NCBI RefSeq assembly: GCF_021028975.2 | Contig: NC_059439.1 | Location: 23,374,001 to 23,438,000, forward strand | Length of the DNA stretch: 64,000 nt | Direction of reading: 5' to 3' | Source: Sphaerodactylus townsendi | Taxonomy: Eukaryota | Part shown: piece after piece, positions 12,368-25,304 of the stretch | How the letters are laid out: every line of letters begins with the position of its first letter | Numbering within the stretch: position 1 is the stretch's first letter | Notes under the pieces: generated by a model | The model's input: only the letters and a program-made list of their open reading frames with translations | Told to the model about the DNA's origin: nothing | Databases searched by the model: none | Made by a program: the position numbers and the translations under genes

Positions 12368-13063
12368 AAATTTCCCATATGGCATATTGAGTACATGACC
12401 GTCTCAATCCAAATCTGCCAATCCACCACAGTACACAGAACCTGGAACCAAGACAAGGCTAGAAACAGTGACATGCAAACTGAACCACAGCATTGCTGCC
12501 ACAAGCTAGCTCAGCTGCAGCCTCTCCTTTATAGCCAGCCTCCCATTCACTAGTGCAATAACCTCTTGCAGCTGGGTTACTTTAGTCTGGCTCCTAAAAA
12601 TACTTTGCATCCAATTCAGCTTGCCCCATAGCTTCTAACCTGCTGCTGTGTCTCCTTTGCTGTAAGCTAGTATGAAGTCTCCTCCTGTGTTGCTCCTGGG
12701 GCTCTGGAGATGGGGCGGTGATGGAGCTGGCAGAATCCCTCTGGCTTAGTATCAAGAGGCTGAAGAGTCTCAGAGCTAGACCCTGGCTGGGGAATCTCAG
12801 AGCTTGGACCTGGCAGTGGATCCCAGCCTAAGGCTCTGCCTGAGCCTCTGGACTTGGTCCTACAGAAACTACTGACTGCTCAGGCTCTGTGTTTACAGTC
12901 AGTGCCTGGGAATCTGGAACCAAAACTATCCCCTCCTCTCCATCTGAGTCTTCCTCCCAGGGGTCCCCAGCCAGACCAGGCTGAGCCATAACTGTATGCT
13001 ACAATAAATGCCAATAAATGATGATATATCTGGAAACATAATGTTTAATATCCACGGACCTTA

Positions 13064-14039
13064 TCTATCTATATAAAAAGCTAACAGTGTTTTTGTTAGT
13101 GGTAGTATAACTCAGTAACTGCTGGGCCAATTCCTCTGAAAATTCCCAGCCACTATAGTCATCCAGGTGAGAGAGTGTTTAGATGTTCACATACCTGAAA
13201 TTTCATGCCTGGCCCAGGTAAAACACCTTTTTCCTGGTGCTCCATGGTGAAGGACATACAGCTGCCTGTGTGTATCTGCCACCCTTAGAATGTCCGTGCA
13301 GCTTAGAATGTTCACTCAGATGGCCAGATATGAGCAGTGGAAACAGTACATATGCAGTAACTCGAGTGGAAGTGAAACACATACACACACATACACACGA
13401 GGGAGAGGGAAGGGATGGAGATAAGGGAGAGGGCAAAATGCAAAGGGAAAGAGAAATTAGAGAGGGGAGAGGGAGAGCAGTGGCATACCTGAGAATGGGA
13501 GGCAGGGGGCCCAGCATCTTGATATGACCCACCCGCCCTAGCGGAGGGAAAGGGAAGGGAGGGAGGGGGAGGGGTGGCATGCAAGGGAAAAGAAGTGAGG
13601 GAGGGAAGACAGTGAGGGGCGACATGCAAGGGATGGGAAGGAGGGGCCAGGCACCCTAGATTCCCTGAATACTGCAGTTACAGTTAAGATAACCAGGCAC
13701 GCCTTACTCAGGAATAAGCTTGGTACAGCAACCGTGACATACTTTGAATGGCTGCATCGTGCCCCTAAGAGGGTTTCCTCAGAAGTGACACCCATTGATA
13801 CCAACCAAACTTACTCCCAGGGAAAGGATCATGACCAGCCAGCCTAGATGTCTGAGAGGGGTGCCTTTCCATCCCCCCCCCCCAAGGAATGCGGGCACAC
13901 ACATCAATGACATCGCACAGTATCAGGCTGTGTGTTTGCATGAGCACGTACTGCTGGCCTCTGCAATTGATTTGCTGCTACTGTTCCTTTCCCATTTCAC
14001 CACAATAAGCCACAGCAACGCATGACTGTGCCCTGCTAG
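13064..14039 (+). mobile_element. Non-autonomous Helitron
   Basis: A|TCTATCTATATAAAAAG 5' end; subterminal hairpin GCCACAGCAACGCATGAC and CTAG|T 3' end; no TSD. Confidence 0.75.
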
Positions 14040-15025
14040 TGAGCCATAAGAAGTTATGTGCTTGAGGTGGGAAAGAGATCTCTTGCATGTGGCAGAGGAC
14101 CATTGTCCTTTTAGGGAATGTCCCTCTCCAGTACTCTTACACAGCACTCTTACTATTTCAATAAACTTTGGCATGATTGCCTGAAAACTAACTTGAGTTT
14201 GAAGTACTAATAGGCCTGGTTAATCTTCACCACAGTTTTATTTAGGTCTCCTTTCTCCTGACAGGATGGCCCGGGACAGCAATGTGGCAACACAGCCATA
14301 CTATCTCTAAAGGAATAAGCCATTTAGGGTCCCTTTATATAAAAAAGGGGGAGAAATATGCCACCAATATGGTGGGCCTCTTTAGCTCAAAGAAGATATT
14401 GCCAACTTTGTGACAGCCAAATTTATCTGCCTTTAGCTTTTCTAAAACTAGTGGAGCATTATCGTCAGACATTATTTAGCTGAATCAAAATAATATCCAT
14501 GATCTTTTTTTTAAATCAATTTGGAGCTTGTTTCTATAGAAATTTGGTGGGTAGAGGAAAATGTGCCTATGATAAAAAATAATCAAATGAGACAAATGAG
14601 AAAAACATCACAAAAGCATTCAAAAATATGGCATTTTCTTAAAATGTAGATTCATTAAAAGGAGTTTCTGGAACACACAAGCAAGAAGAATACAGCAGTG
14701 GTTGTCTCTGCTATACATATGATGTTTTCAACCTTGAGGATCCTATTCCATGACACAAAGTATGAACATATAGAGGTATCAATGAGGAGCCATTAAATTT
14801 AAACCATACAATGTTTTAAAAGTAAGGTGGTCTATAAAGGACAACACCTATAAATCTTTTACCTCAGGTTTGTGAAACTGGTAGGTATTGGTATCTGAGG
14901 GAGCACTCCTAAGCCAGTCTACTCAGAAGTAAGGCCCATTATATTCTATTGATTTTATTACAGCCTAAATCTATTTAAATGAAATAGAGGAATATGAAAC
15001 ACTAGGTTGAGGACCACTCATTGGG

Positions 15026-15407
15026 CAGCCCAATGCAAGAGCTTCAGGCCGTGGACCACAGCGGTATTTTGGTACTGCCCCACTGCCTGCGGGACTGACT
15101 TCTCAGCAGTGAAGGGAGGCTAAAAATAAAAGCTGTTGAGCAGCCTTCCATTTGGGCTCTATGGAAGCTTGTACCACCTAAAAAAAGGATGGTGTAAAGC
15201 CAAACTTCTGGCACCTCCAGCTGAGCCCATTATGCTTGCAGTGGGGACACAGGAATGCCGGTGTGGCAGTCTGCGTCGTGCCTGCCCACCATTGAGGGCT
15301 GTGGTAGCTGGTCTGCAATGGATTTTCCGCTCAGCTGGTGTAAGTGTCCCAGGACGGGGAAATCAGCGGGTGCAACCTTCCCTCCCATCCTGCTCCAGAT
15401 TGGGCTG
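15026..15407. mobile_element. Probable MITE
   Basis: Terminal inverted repeat CAGCCCAAT/ATTGGGCTG bounding a GC-richer segment; TSD not resolved. Confidence 0.4.
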
Positions 15408-15728
15408 TGAATTTTATGGCTGGCTGCAGCTGCCGGCGCACATTATACTTGACAATGAAATCTTATTTAATGCTAGAAACACAGGGGGAGGCTTAGCCCA
15501 GAAATTAAACCAAAGATCCTATGTAGGTTCCTCTGCACTCAGGGGATTCTCGCAGGAGGCACCTTGGTTGACTAGCAGAAAGCATATTCAGATATTTTGT
15601 GTCTGCACCAACTCACATGAAAAAAATGGCTGTTTTGCAGCCAAATTAAACGATTAAAAGGTTAGATCCAGTCAACCTTTTTCGCTTCGATCTCCACCAA
15701 GTTGTGATCCTTACTATAATAACCTTAT

Positions 15729-16170
15729 AATATCTTAACCTACTGCATCTGTGTAGGGTTCTTTAACAGTTGCACTGGTGCTTGAATAGGAAGAAACTCA
15801 AAGGGGTGATCACTACTGCACAGAGGATTATCGGCTGCCCTCTCCCCTCCTTGGAAGAACTCTATAACTCCCGAAGCCTAAAGAAAGCCCAAAATATTCT
15901 GAGAGACCCATCTCATTCAGCACACTCTCTTTTTGAACTGTTACCATCTGGCAGATGATACAGGTCTATAAATACTAGGACAAAGAGGTTTAGAGACAGC
16001 TTCTACTCTAGAGTTGTGGCTATGCTGAACTCTGTGGCTTCGTGTTGATGTGTTTGGGTGGAGGAAGGGGAAAGTGAGGATGGGGTACGAGTCTGAAATT
16101 GTGTGCATCGAGGAATGCTGCTGTAAATTTCGTTGTGCGTGCACAATGACAAAAAAATGCTTATGCTTAT
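15729..16170 (+). mobile_element. Rex1/Babar LINE 3' fragment
   Basis: RKKLKGVITTAQRIIGCPLPSLEELY...DPSHSAHSLFELLPSGR; (CTTATG)n tail. Confidence 0.8.
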
Positions 16171-17180
16171 AATCACCATCCACATTTTTTATATACACAA
16201 CCCATGATCCCAGCATAGCCTCCCTTTTCTACCACAGAAAAATCTGGTTGGATTTGGCCCAAATTGTTTCTCTTTACAGTGTCATGAAGAAATTAAACTC
16301 GTAATTAACAGACCAGGCACAGAATATGGAAGAATATGGAAGGTTTTTTGGACTATATAAACCAAAGACTTGGTTAACTGGAAACCATGAGGGTTATATG
16401 TATAAGATTAAAATGATCTCATTTATACTTGAACATAATAACCAAATTTAAGATATNNNNNNNNNNNNNNNNNNNNNNNNNNNNNNNNNNNNNNNNNNNN
16501 NNNNNNNNNNNNNNNNNNNNNNNNNNNNNNNNNNNNNNNNNNNNNNNNNNNNNNNNNNNNNNNNNNNNNNNNNNNNNNNNNNNNNNNNNNNNNNNNNNNN
16601 NNNNNNNNNNNNNNNNNNNNNNNNNNNNNNNNNNNNNNNNNNNNNNNNNNNNNNNNNNNNNNNNNNNNNNNNNNNNNNNNNNNNNNNNNTTTTCTCTTGC
16701 TTAATTGCTTATAAATGATTGTATTATGAATTATATGATAATGAACAACCAATAAACTTTTAAATAAATAAATAAATAAATAAAAAGATCAGACAATAGT
16801 AGATGTAAGCAAGCTTCACATATTATATAAACTGTAACATCAGATTTTAATTTTATGCAAATGATGCCATCATCACTGAAGATACACCCTTCTAAGCCGT
16901 GTGGCTTCAGTATTCCAGATCAGAAATACCAGAGACAGAATGGTCACATCCATGTTTTTCACAGGGTCAAATTTTAATTCCCAAATTCCCATCCAAATTC
17001 CTTTTTTTTACTATTCCTATTAATTTCCAAATTCCCATCAAAATCCCTATCCTGCCCAGTTCTCCAGTTTACTAACACCCCTATCCTCCAAGGCTTTTGT
17101 CCATGAAAGTCCCACAATGCCCAACATAGACTTTCTTCTCATCAGTGGAAAAGCTGGGCCGTTACAAATTCAAATATGAT

Positions 17181-18131
17181 TCATTGCCTTTCCAAGAGGA
17201 TATTTTTCCTCAGAGCTATTTTTGTTAGGGCTCCTTTAACCTCCTTATTCCTTAAGCTGTATATGAGAGGGTTGAGCATGGGCGTCACCACTGCATAGAG
17301 GAAAGACAGTATCTTGTCCCGGTTGGAGGAGTTATCGGTTTTAGGAGTCATGTAAGTAACTACTGCTGTGCCATAGCAGAGGATGACCACAGTCAGGTGA
17401 GAAATGCAAGTGGAGAAGGCTCGTTGCTGGCCTTCTGAAGAGCGGATGCGCAGGATGGTCTTGATTATATACACATAGGAGAGCATTACCAGAACACAAG
17501 GGATGAATAGCACAAGGACTCCTGACACCATAAGTGCAATATCATTGACAAAAGTGTCTGAGCATGCCAACTTGATAATTGCCAGCACATCACAGCCAAA
17601 ATGGTTGACAACATTATAGCTACAGTAGTGAAGGCACAGGGTGAACAAAGTATGAACCAAAGCATTGGTAAAGCCAGAGATCCAGGAAACCATCATCAAT
17701 TGGATGCATACTTTCCTGCTCATTATGATCTTGTAATGCAACGGGTGGCAAACTGCCGTATACCTGTCATAGGCCATCACTGCCAATAGGATAAATTCAG
17801 TTGTTCCCAGCAAGAAAGCAATGTAAAGCTGAGTCATGCAACGGATGAATGAGATCTTTTTGTGGCTGCTCAGGGAATGGACCAGCAACTGTGGCACCAC
17901 ACTAGTTGTGTAGCAGATATCCAGGAAAGACAGATTAGACAGGAAGAAGTACATTGGTGTGTTGAGTCGTGGATCTATGCAGGTAGCCACAATAATGAGT
18001 GTGTTCCCTGCCAGGGTGATGAGGTACATACAGAGGACAAATATGAAGAGCAGGATGTTGATTCCTTGTTCTCTGGAGAAACCCAGAAGCACAAACTCTC
18101 TGATGCTTGTTTGATTGCCTTGTCTCATCAT
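17181..18131 (-). CDS. Olfactory receptor, class II (family 2/13-like), 316 aa
   Basis: NQT sequon, [48 protein letters not shown]; upstream acceptor TATTTCCTTCAG. Confidence 0.95.
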   Translation of the reverse strand: MMRQGNQTSIREFVLLGFSREQGINILLFIFVLCMYLITLAGNTLIIVATCIDPRLNTPMYFFLSNLSFLDICYTTSVVPQLLVHSLSSHKKISFIRCMTQLYIAFLLGTTEFILLAVMAYDRYTAVCHPLHYKIIMSRKVCIQLMMVSWISGFTNALVHTLFTLCLHYCSYNVVNHFGCDVLAIIKLACSDTFVNDIALMVSGVLVLFIPCVLVMLSYVYIIKTILRIRSSEGQQRAFSTCISHLTVVILCYGTAVVTYMTPKTDNSSNRDKILSFLYAVVTPMLNPLIYSLRNKEVKGALTKIALRKNILLERQ

Positions 18132-19199
18132 GCAGGTAATCTCTGAGCTGAAGGAAATAGATTAGAATTGAAAATTGAGGTGTGGCTTACCCTTTCTGGG
18201 GAGAGGAATGATGTCCCCTTTGTTTTTAATGCAGGCAACATTTAAAGATTGGAAAGGGCAACTTGAATTATTTTTTGCTTGCAGTAGTAATATTTTCCTG
18301 TCCCTTGCAATCTTTGAACTACTGGATCCGTAATGGATTCCAATACATTGAAATTAGAATGGTGAAAGGCCAACTGTGAAAGTCACATATACAAAAATCT
18401 TGCTCTCCAATATTCTTTGGGATTATCCCTCAGAAATCTAGCCCTGCTATATACCTGGAACATCTTGTTAATTACAATTGCAGATGGGTCATGACTTGAG
18501 CAAGGTGTAACTCTTTTCCGTCAGTACATCTTCAAGGTCGCTTCTCTAATATCCCACAAAATGAGTGTTGCTGTTGTTTCTGTCCTAATACAACTGATTC
18601 ACTTTCTCATATTCTGCTTCACTGTACAAAATACAGCAACATCAGAACTGATTTGAGAACTGTATTACCAACAGGATTTATGCTCCTTTCTGATAAGATA
18701 AAAATGGCTAAGCTTCTAAATAACTCTAATGCTGAAATCTCTGAAGCTGTTGCTACATTTTTACTCTGTTTACTGCAAGTTGTGCAATAATGATCTTTTT
18801 ATTATATTTAGAATTCATGACACACTCCCGTTTTATGCCTAATAAAGGTTTTGGATTTGGATTTGGACATATACAAAACAATGTGTACTTGCATAGTCCT
18901 CTTTTGGATATGTCCTTCATGGAGACGACTAGTAAGTAAAACATGATTAAGATCATTATCTGTCGGTTTTCCTGAAGTAATTCCACTCTCTGAATTATCT
19001 CAATGAAACTGAACTTCACTCATAGTAGCCAGACTTTGGGAAACTGATTATTATGGAGTGCATCCACATTTCTCCCTTTTTCACTGTGGGCCACCAGTAT
19101 ATACCATCTGCATTGAAGGTGTTCAATGCTAAATGCGGCTCTCAGCTCCTCTATGGAGCACCAATTTGGATTTGAGCTGTAAACAAAAATATAAACACA

Positions 19200-20130
19200 G
19201 CCCAGTCCCGTTTCTTCCATAAAATTATGGGCTTACCAAATTGTGCTTCATATGCAGCCCTATGTTTAAACTTGGGCAAATATCATATGCCACAATGGCC
19301 TGGCTGAGAACTGTCAGATACTGGCTACCTATCCACTATTTGCAGGATCACTCCAGTTTGCTACACCTCATGCTTTCCGACTATGCAAATTCTAGGTGGC
19401 TGAAACTAGTTGAGGGAAAAATCAACGCTCTTGGCTTTTCATTAGAGTCGTTAGTCCCTCTTTCCCTATCAGAAGCATATAACTGCTTGAAAACTAAGCT
19501 ATTAGAACAAGAGTATCGGGATATGATAACGGCTGTGAGGAAAACGTGTTCCCCCCTGACCCTGGTTATTCCAATTGAACAAGGACACATGGCCAATTAG
19601 AGCCTTAACACTGGCCAGATTCAGCCTAATGCCTTCTATGCTGCTCTATGGCAGATATCAACAAATTGATAAACAGAGGAGGCTATGTCCATGCAATATG
19701 GGTCAGGTGGAGACACTCAATCATACCCTCTTTCATTGTGTAAGGTTTGCAAAAATCAGAATGTCGCAATCTGCACTTATCCCATTTCTGTATAACAATC
19801 TAACCGATGCTCTTAAGATACCTATGCTTTTGAACAAGATGGATCCCACAGTGTGCGAGAATGTAGCAAAATTTCTGCTAAAGATAATAGACGTAAGTCT
19901 AGATGAATACCAATCAATGTCTATGTATTATGACCACATATAGCCAGCAGTAATTTTTCCAGCTTCTGTCAGTATCCGATGATGTGAGTCAGCTGAAGGA
20001 ATGTCCTATAGTTACAGAAGGACTATGTATATATTTTAGTACCAGTGTCTATAACTGTGAACAATAATGGGCAAATTTTGCATGCTTATTTTGTATGTTT
20101 ATTTTATGCCAATAAAGGCTTGTTACCTTA
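19200..20130 (+). mobile_element. Non-LTR retrotransposon 3' fragment (RTE-X-like)
   Basis: C-terminal zinc motif RLCPCNMGQVETLNHTLFHC, frameshifted; AATAAAGG near the end. Confidence 0.65.
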
Positions 20131-20337
20131 CCACGTTTCTCCCATGTTAAATATCCCAGGCACCTTGTATTCAAAAGTATAGCACCTCTGAGCATGAACT
20201 TCCCACTTCATGTTCAGGAACATAATGTCTTCCCAGAGAAAGGCTTTTTTTCTGTTTTAACATCCATCCAGCTCTTATGTGCTTTTACCCACTTCAATCC
20301 TAAACAGGGTTATGCCTACCAAAAATGAAAAAAAACT

Positions 20338-20620
20338 AGTCCCCTCTGCAAGCTCTAGGTCAGTACTGACCCATAGGTTGAAGTCACTTCACAGCATTTA
20401 TTAGGCAGATATGTTTAGGAAGTGGTTTGGCATTGCCTTCCCCAGTTGCCTACACTGAACACCCAGCAAGCGGGTATTCGTTTTACTGACTTTGGAAGGA
20501 TGGAAGGCTGAGTCAGCCTTGAGCTGACTATCTACAACTGTCTTCTGTTGGGATTGAACTCAAGTCATGAACAGAGATTTAACTGCAGTTCTGTAGCTTG
20601 CTACCTTTTACCATGGGGTT
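20338..20620 (-). mobile_element. Degenerate squamate SINE (Anolis SINE2/Squam2-like)
   Basis: GGAAGGATGGAAGGCTGAGTCAGCCTTG core; tRNA B-box-like GGGATTGAACTC. Confidence 0.55.
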
Positions 20621-22628
20621 GAATACCTGTCTAAGCCCATTGACTTTTCTGTACTTTGACAGTGGAATCTTATATAGATTTATATCTTTTAACTGTTCAA
20701 CTTACTATATGCATAAGCAGTAATAATGAAATTTACACCATTGAAAAATATTAACATAGCCCAGTAGCTCTTAATGAATGGTATTTTAATAGTAGAATGG
20801 ATAGGACATTTAACATTAGTAATACACAGTGTTGTTCTAAAATGACACATAAGTCTAGGGCACATTTGCACATGTATCCACAGCATCATCTTTTAGGATT
20901 TGACTCCTATTCAATGGTCAATACCACAGTAAAGGATTTTCTGCTGATCAAAAATCAATGGGAATTTTAATGTGTTCCATTTTCAGCAGTAGATTTTTAG
21001 TGTCCAAGAATTCTGCAGGCTAGAAAATTGAGACATCTCTAGTTCCGTCTGTGTTTTGTCTATTTTTAATTCCATTCTGACTGACAAGTTGGAAGCTTGG
21101 AATGAATAGGTGGGAAGATTGGAATGCAAGCCTATAGCCAGACTGGGGGAGGGTTTTTTTCCTAACATCCTATCAGTCAATTCCATTACCACGGATATGT
21201 TCAGACTAAGATGAATGCCAGTCTTAATTCTAGGACTTTTTGTTATCAAGAGAGGTTTGCCTGACAAATGCTTTTCCCCTCCTAACCTTCCTAACCCTCC
21301 TAAATCAAGTATTCATAAGAATCTTAGCCAAATAAGAATCATTAGGAACATCTGTTTTTATCCCTTTTGGTTTTATTTTTGGCAGTCTCATTTAATATTA
21401 ATACATAATAAAAATTACATACAAGAATTATTATTTCTTTTGTGTATTTCTTAATATTACTAGAAAAGGTTTGTAACACAATGTATACGTATCCATAAAA
21501 ATGGGTGTGTGACATCTGCTCATATCTTGTGGCTCTCAAACATCTGAAGTTTATTCTATGTGGTTCTTTCATTAAGTCAGTTTGGCCACCCTTGGGCTAG
21601 ACTGTAAACAAGATTTAAGTATTTAGAACACATTACCCCAAGATTGAGATTTGTTACCTTGGGTGCGAGTTGTTTTTGTATGTTTAGTATGTACTCTAAA
21701 AGCAGCTCTGATGAGCAGGAAAAACATTAGGAATAGTTTCCTTACTCAGATCAGTAAGCACCTTTTCTACTCAGGCTTTGACTGTGGCCATTCCTATTCT
21801 ACCCGACAGGTTTCCCTGGGGTGAGCAGAAAACCCAGCTTTTCAAAGATTTCAGAGACTGCGTAAGTTGATGTTTTCCAACATGTTTTTGGTGGCATGCA
21901 AGCTGTGCTAAGTTACTGTGATGGCTTAGGGTTTGTTTGTTTTTGCTGGATTTTAGTTTGTGACCTACCTCGGTGAAATGTGGTTTTTACCCATTTTAAT
22001 GATTTAAGCAACTTAAAATCCTATTGACAGGGGAGAAGAGAGGGACACAAAATATTTTAAATATGAATAAAGGCTATATTTCAACTTACCTTTTATCCTT
22101 TTAGGGTACAATAAGGAGATTTCATATTCTCCTTCTCATCTGATTTACTACTCTCTTTATCAATATGAACATGCATACTCAGTTTTCTAACCCATGGGAT
22201 ATAGTTCCCCCATGATTTATTACTTGTACTATCTTAATAATTAGAAGTATCCTTGCACCTTCAGTGCACATATTTAATTTACTCAGGTCTTTCAAAAGAT
22301 AGTTATGGGTTTTGTTTACATAATCTGATTACTTGCGTGTAAAATTCAGTGGATTTTTTTAAAAAAAGAGTAATATCTCAGTGAAGGCCAAAATGTATGT
22401 AAACATGAATGACCTACTAACCTGTGAGTTCTCCACAGTAGTTGGCTATCCTTATAGCAAAGAGCTGTGGTGAGATCTGGCAAACTTTTTACCTCATTGT
22501 TACACCAACATATGCCACTTTCATTTAATAATCATCCTAATATGATTAAATTCCATTCCTGCTCCTTGAAGCGTGGTAGCAAATATGGTTCCCCTGTCTC
22601 CATTTTAAATTTACACAAATCCTGTTAG

Positions 22629-22763
22629 CAGTGGTGGGATTCAAATGATTTAACAACCAGTTCCGGTGGTGGGATTCAAATAATTTAACAACTGGTTGTT
22701 TACAAGCACCATTTTAACAACTGGTTTTGCAGAAGTGGTGTGAACCTGTGAATCCAACCACTG
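22629..22763. mobile_element. hAT MITE
   Basis: TIR CAGTGGTGGGATTCA; perfect 8-bp TSD CCTGTTAG. Confidence 0.9.
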
Positions 22764-22834
22764 CCTGTTAGGTAGGTGGAGAGGGTATGTGACTGGCCCC
22801 CAAAACTTCATGTCACAGTGGGGACTGAACTAGT

Positions 22835-23102
22835 GAAGAAGAAGAAGAAGAAGAAGAAGAAGAAGAAGAAGAAGAAGAAGAGTTTATACCCACTTTTCTC
22901 TCCTGTAAGGAACCTCAAGGTGGCTTACAAACTCCTTCCTTTCCCCACAACAGACGCTTGTGAGGTAGGTAGGGCTGAAAGAGGTCTGAAGAACTGTGAC
23001 TAGCCCAAGGCTAACCAGCAGGAATTAATAGGAGCGGGGAAACAAATCCAGTTCAGCAGATAAGACTCCACGACTCATGTGGAGGAATGGGGAATCAAAC
23101 CC
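22835..23102 (-). mobile_element. tRNA-derived SINE (Squam3-like) with (CTT)15 tail, head truncated
   Basis: (GAA)15 plus a body nearly identical to 23816-24080. Confidence 0.8.
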
Positions 23103-23815
23103 GTCCGCACCCTGCGGGTCCACCTGGATTCGTCTCTTTCAATGGAGACCCAGGTGGCCCATGTAACCTGGGTTGCATTTTTCCATCTTCGACAAGCCCG
23201 GCGGCTGGCCCCTTTTCTCTCCCAAGCAGACCTAGCTACTGTGATCCATGCAACAGTCACCTCCAGGTTAGACTATTGCAACTTGCTCTACGTGGGCCTG
23301 CCCTTGCGTCTGATCCGGAAGTTAATATTGGTCCAGAATGCGGCGGCCAGTCTGCTCACAGGGGGTGCTGCCAGAGACCTCATCTCACCTGTGTTATGCC
23401 GTCTGCATTGGTTACTGATAGAATTCCAAATAATTTTCAAGGTGTTGGTGTTAACCTTTAAGGCCTTGCGCGGCCTGGGACCTCCGTACCTGCGGGACCG
23501 TCTTGCCCCATATGTCCCGAACCGGCCTCTGCGCTCTGCAGAGGCCAATTTGCTGGTGATCCCTGGCCCCTCCATGATGCGGCTAGCCTCTACCCGGGCC
23601 AGAGCCTTTACAGCTTTGGCCCTGGCCTGGTGGAACGCTCTCCCTCCAGCTGTGCAGGCCCTGTGGGATCTCAACGAGTTCTGCAGGACCTGCAAGACTG
23701 AGCTGTTCCACCGGGCCTTTAGGGAGGCTTGCCGCTGATGCCCCCCCGTTAACATCTGGGGATCCTGCCGTCCCTCCCCTCTTTTAGGAAATTGGTTAGT
23801 AGGTCGCCTTCTGTG
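23103..23815 (+). mobile_element. L2-clade LINE ORF2 C-terminal fragment
   Basis: VIHATVTSRLDYCNLLYVGLP...LVQNAAA...LHWL..FKVLVLTFKAL; open for about 210 codons. Confidence 0.85.
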
Positions 23816-24123
23816 GAAGAAGAAGAAGAAGAAGAAGAAGAAGAAGAAGAAGAAGAAGAAGAGTTTATACCCACTTTTCTCTCCTGTAAGGAACCTCAAG
23901 GTGGCTTACAAACTCCTTCCTTTCCCCACAACAAACGCTTGTGAGATAGGTGGGGCTGAAAGAGGTCCAAAGAACTGTGACTAGCCCAAGGTTAACCAGC
24001 AGGAATGAATAGGAGCGGGGAAACAAATCCAGTTCAGCAGATAAGACTCCACGACTCATGTGAAGGAATGGGGAATCAAATCTAGTTTTCCAGATTAGAG
24101 TCCACATTCCTTTAACTACTACC
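23816..24123 (-). mobile_element. tRNA-derived SINE (Squam3-like) with (CTT)15 tail
   Basis: (GAA)15, CORE-like body, tRNA head ...CAGATTAGAGTCCAC...TTAACTACTAC. Confidence 0.8.
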
Positions 24124-25080
24124 CCTCAGAACTCCCACTAAAAAGACTTTAGTTGACTAATATAGAGTATTTTCAGGAATGTAAGTCAACCTAGCTCATT
24201 TTATGTGTTTATTGTGTGAAACACTCAGACAAAATCATTTTAAAAGCAAACAGAGTGTCAGTTACAAAGGATCTCCAATTGTGATTTTAAATCCAACGTT
24301 CCTGTCACAGAACAGGAAATCAATATTAATGTCATAATATAATTTTTCTCAAAATGAATGTGCCACTATATCTACCGCTTACCAATCTCACATTACCTGT
24401 TCTCAAATGCTTCACAATCCAAAAATATAATTCCAGCTTCTTAAGATGTAGGATGCTCTGTGGCTACAAGATGCTATTGTGTACCCCAACACAGCAACAA
24501 GCAGCAACACTTTCAGACAGTGCAATATCAATGGCTGAAGACCAACCAGCTCAATTCTCTTTCTGAAATATTTCATTTGCGTGCCTAGTCCCTATCCATT
24601 CAGCACATACTGCCATGATTAGGCCGAAAGCATTCCAATGCCGGTGAAGCCTGGGCTCTGTAGGTACTTTGGATCAGCATGTAGAATATTCTGAACATAA
24701 TGGAGAGAACTTCCTACCAGGGCTGCTTTGACTTCTCAAAATGGAGACACTCCTCTCTATTGCTATCTGGCTGCTATTTGAAGCCAAAAAGGGTACCTGG
24801 CCACTTCCGTTTTTGCCCTCTCTGCCAGGGGGGCGCCCTTTATGCTGGTAGGCAAACACACTGGAATGACCTTGTACCACTTCCATCAAAACATTCACCC
24901 CCCCCCCACAGGTTTGGGATGTTAAGAGTTAAAGATATTTCACATAATCCAGCAAAGTCTCAGAAATAACCTTTAATGGAGTCACAGAACTATCTGGACA
25001 AGAATAGCAGCATTGGCAAAGTGTTGTTACACCAGCACTGTATTGTTCAGATGAAATGAAGTTTAGATTATCTAAACTTG

Positions 25081-25215
25081 CATAGGTGTCAAACTCGCAC
25101 CCCTCCAGATGTTATGGACTACAGCTCCCATCATCCCCTGCCAGCATGATGCTGGCAGGGGATGATGGGAACTGTAGTCCATAACACCTAGAGGGTCACT
25201 AGTTTGATACCTATG
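25081..25215. mobile_element. Palindromic hAT-like MITE
   Basis: TIR CATAGGTGTCAAACT/AGTTTGATACCTATG; near-perfect internal palindrome centred on GCCAGCATGATGCTGGC. Confidence 0.8.
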
Positions 25216-25304
25216 ATCTAAAGGGACACAGTTCTGGTTCACATTGGCAGGTCATCTCAGTTCTACTCAGATCTGTTCAGTGGGACTCCATCCTCAGACT
25301 TCAC

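Noticed and set aside
23288-23899. 203-aa minus-strand ORF with poly-Phe (and the poly-Lys ORF at 22776)
   Set aside because: Antisense of an L2 fragment plus a (GAA)n SINE tail
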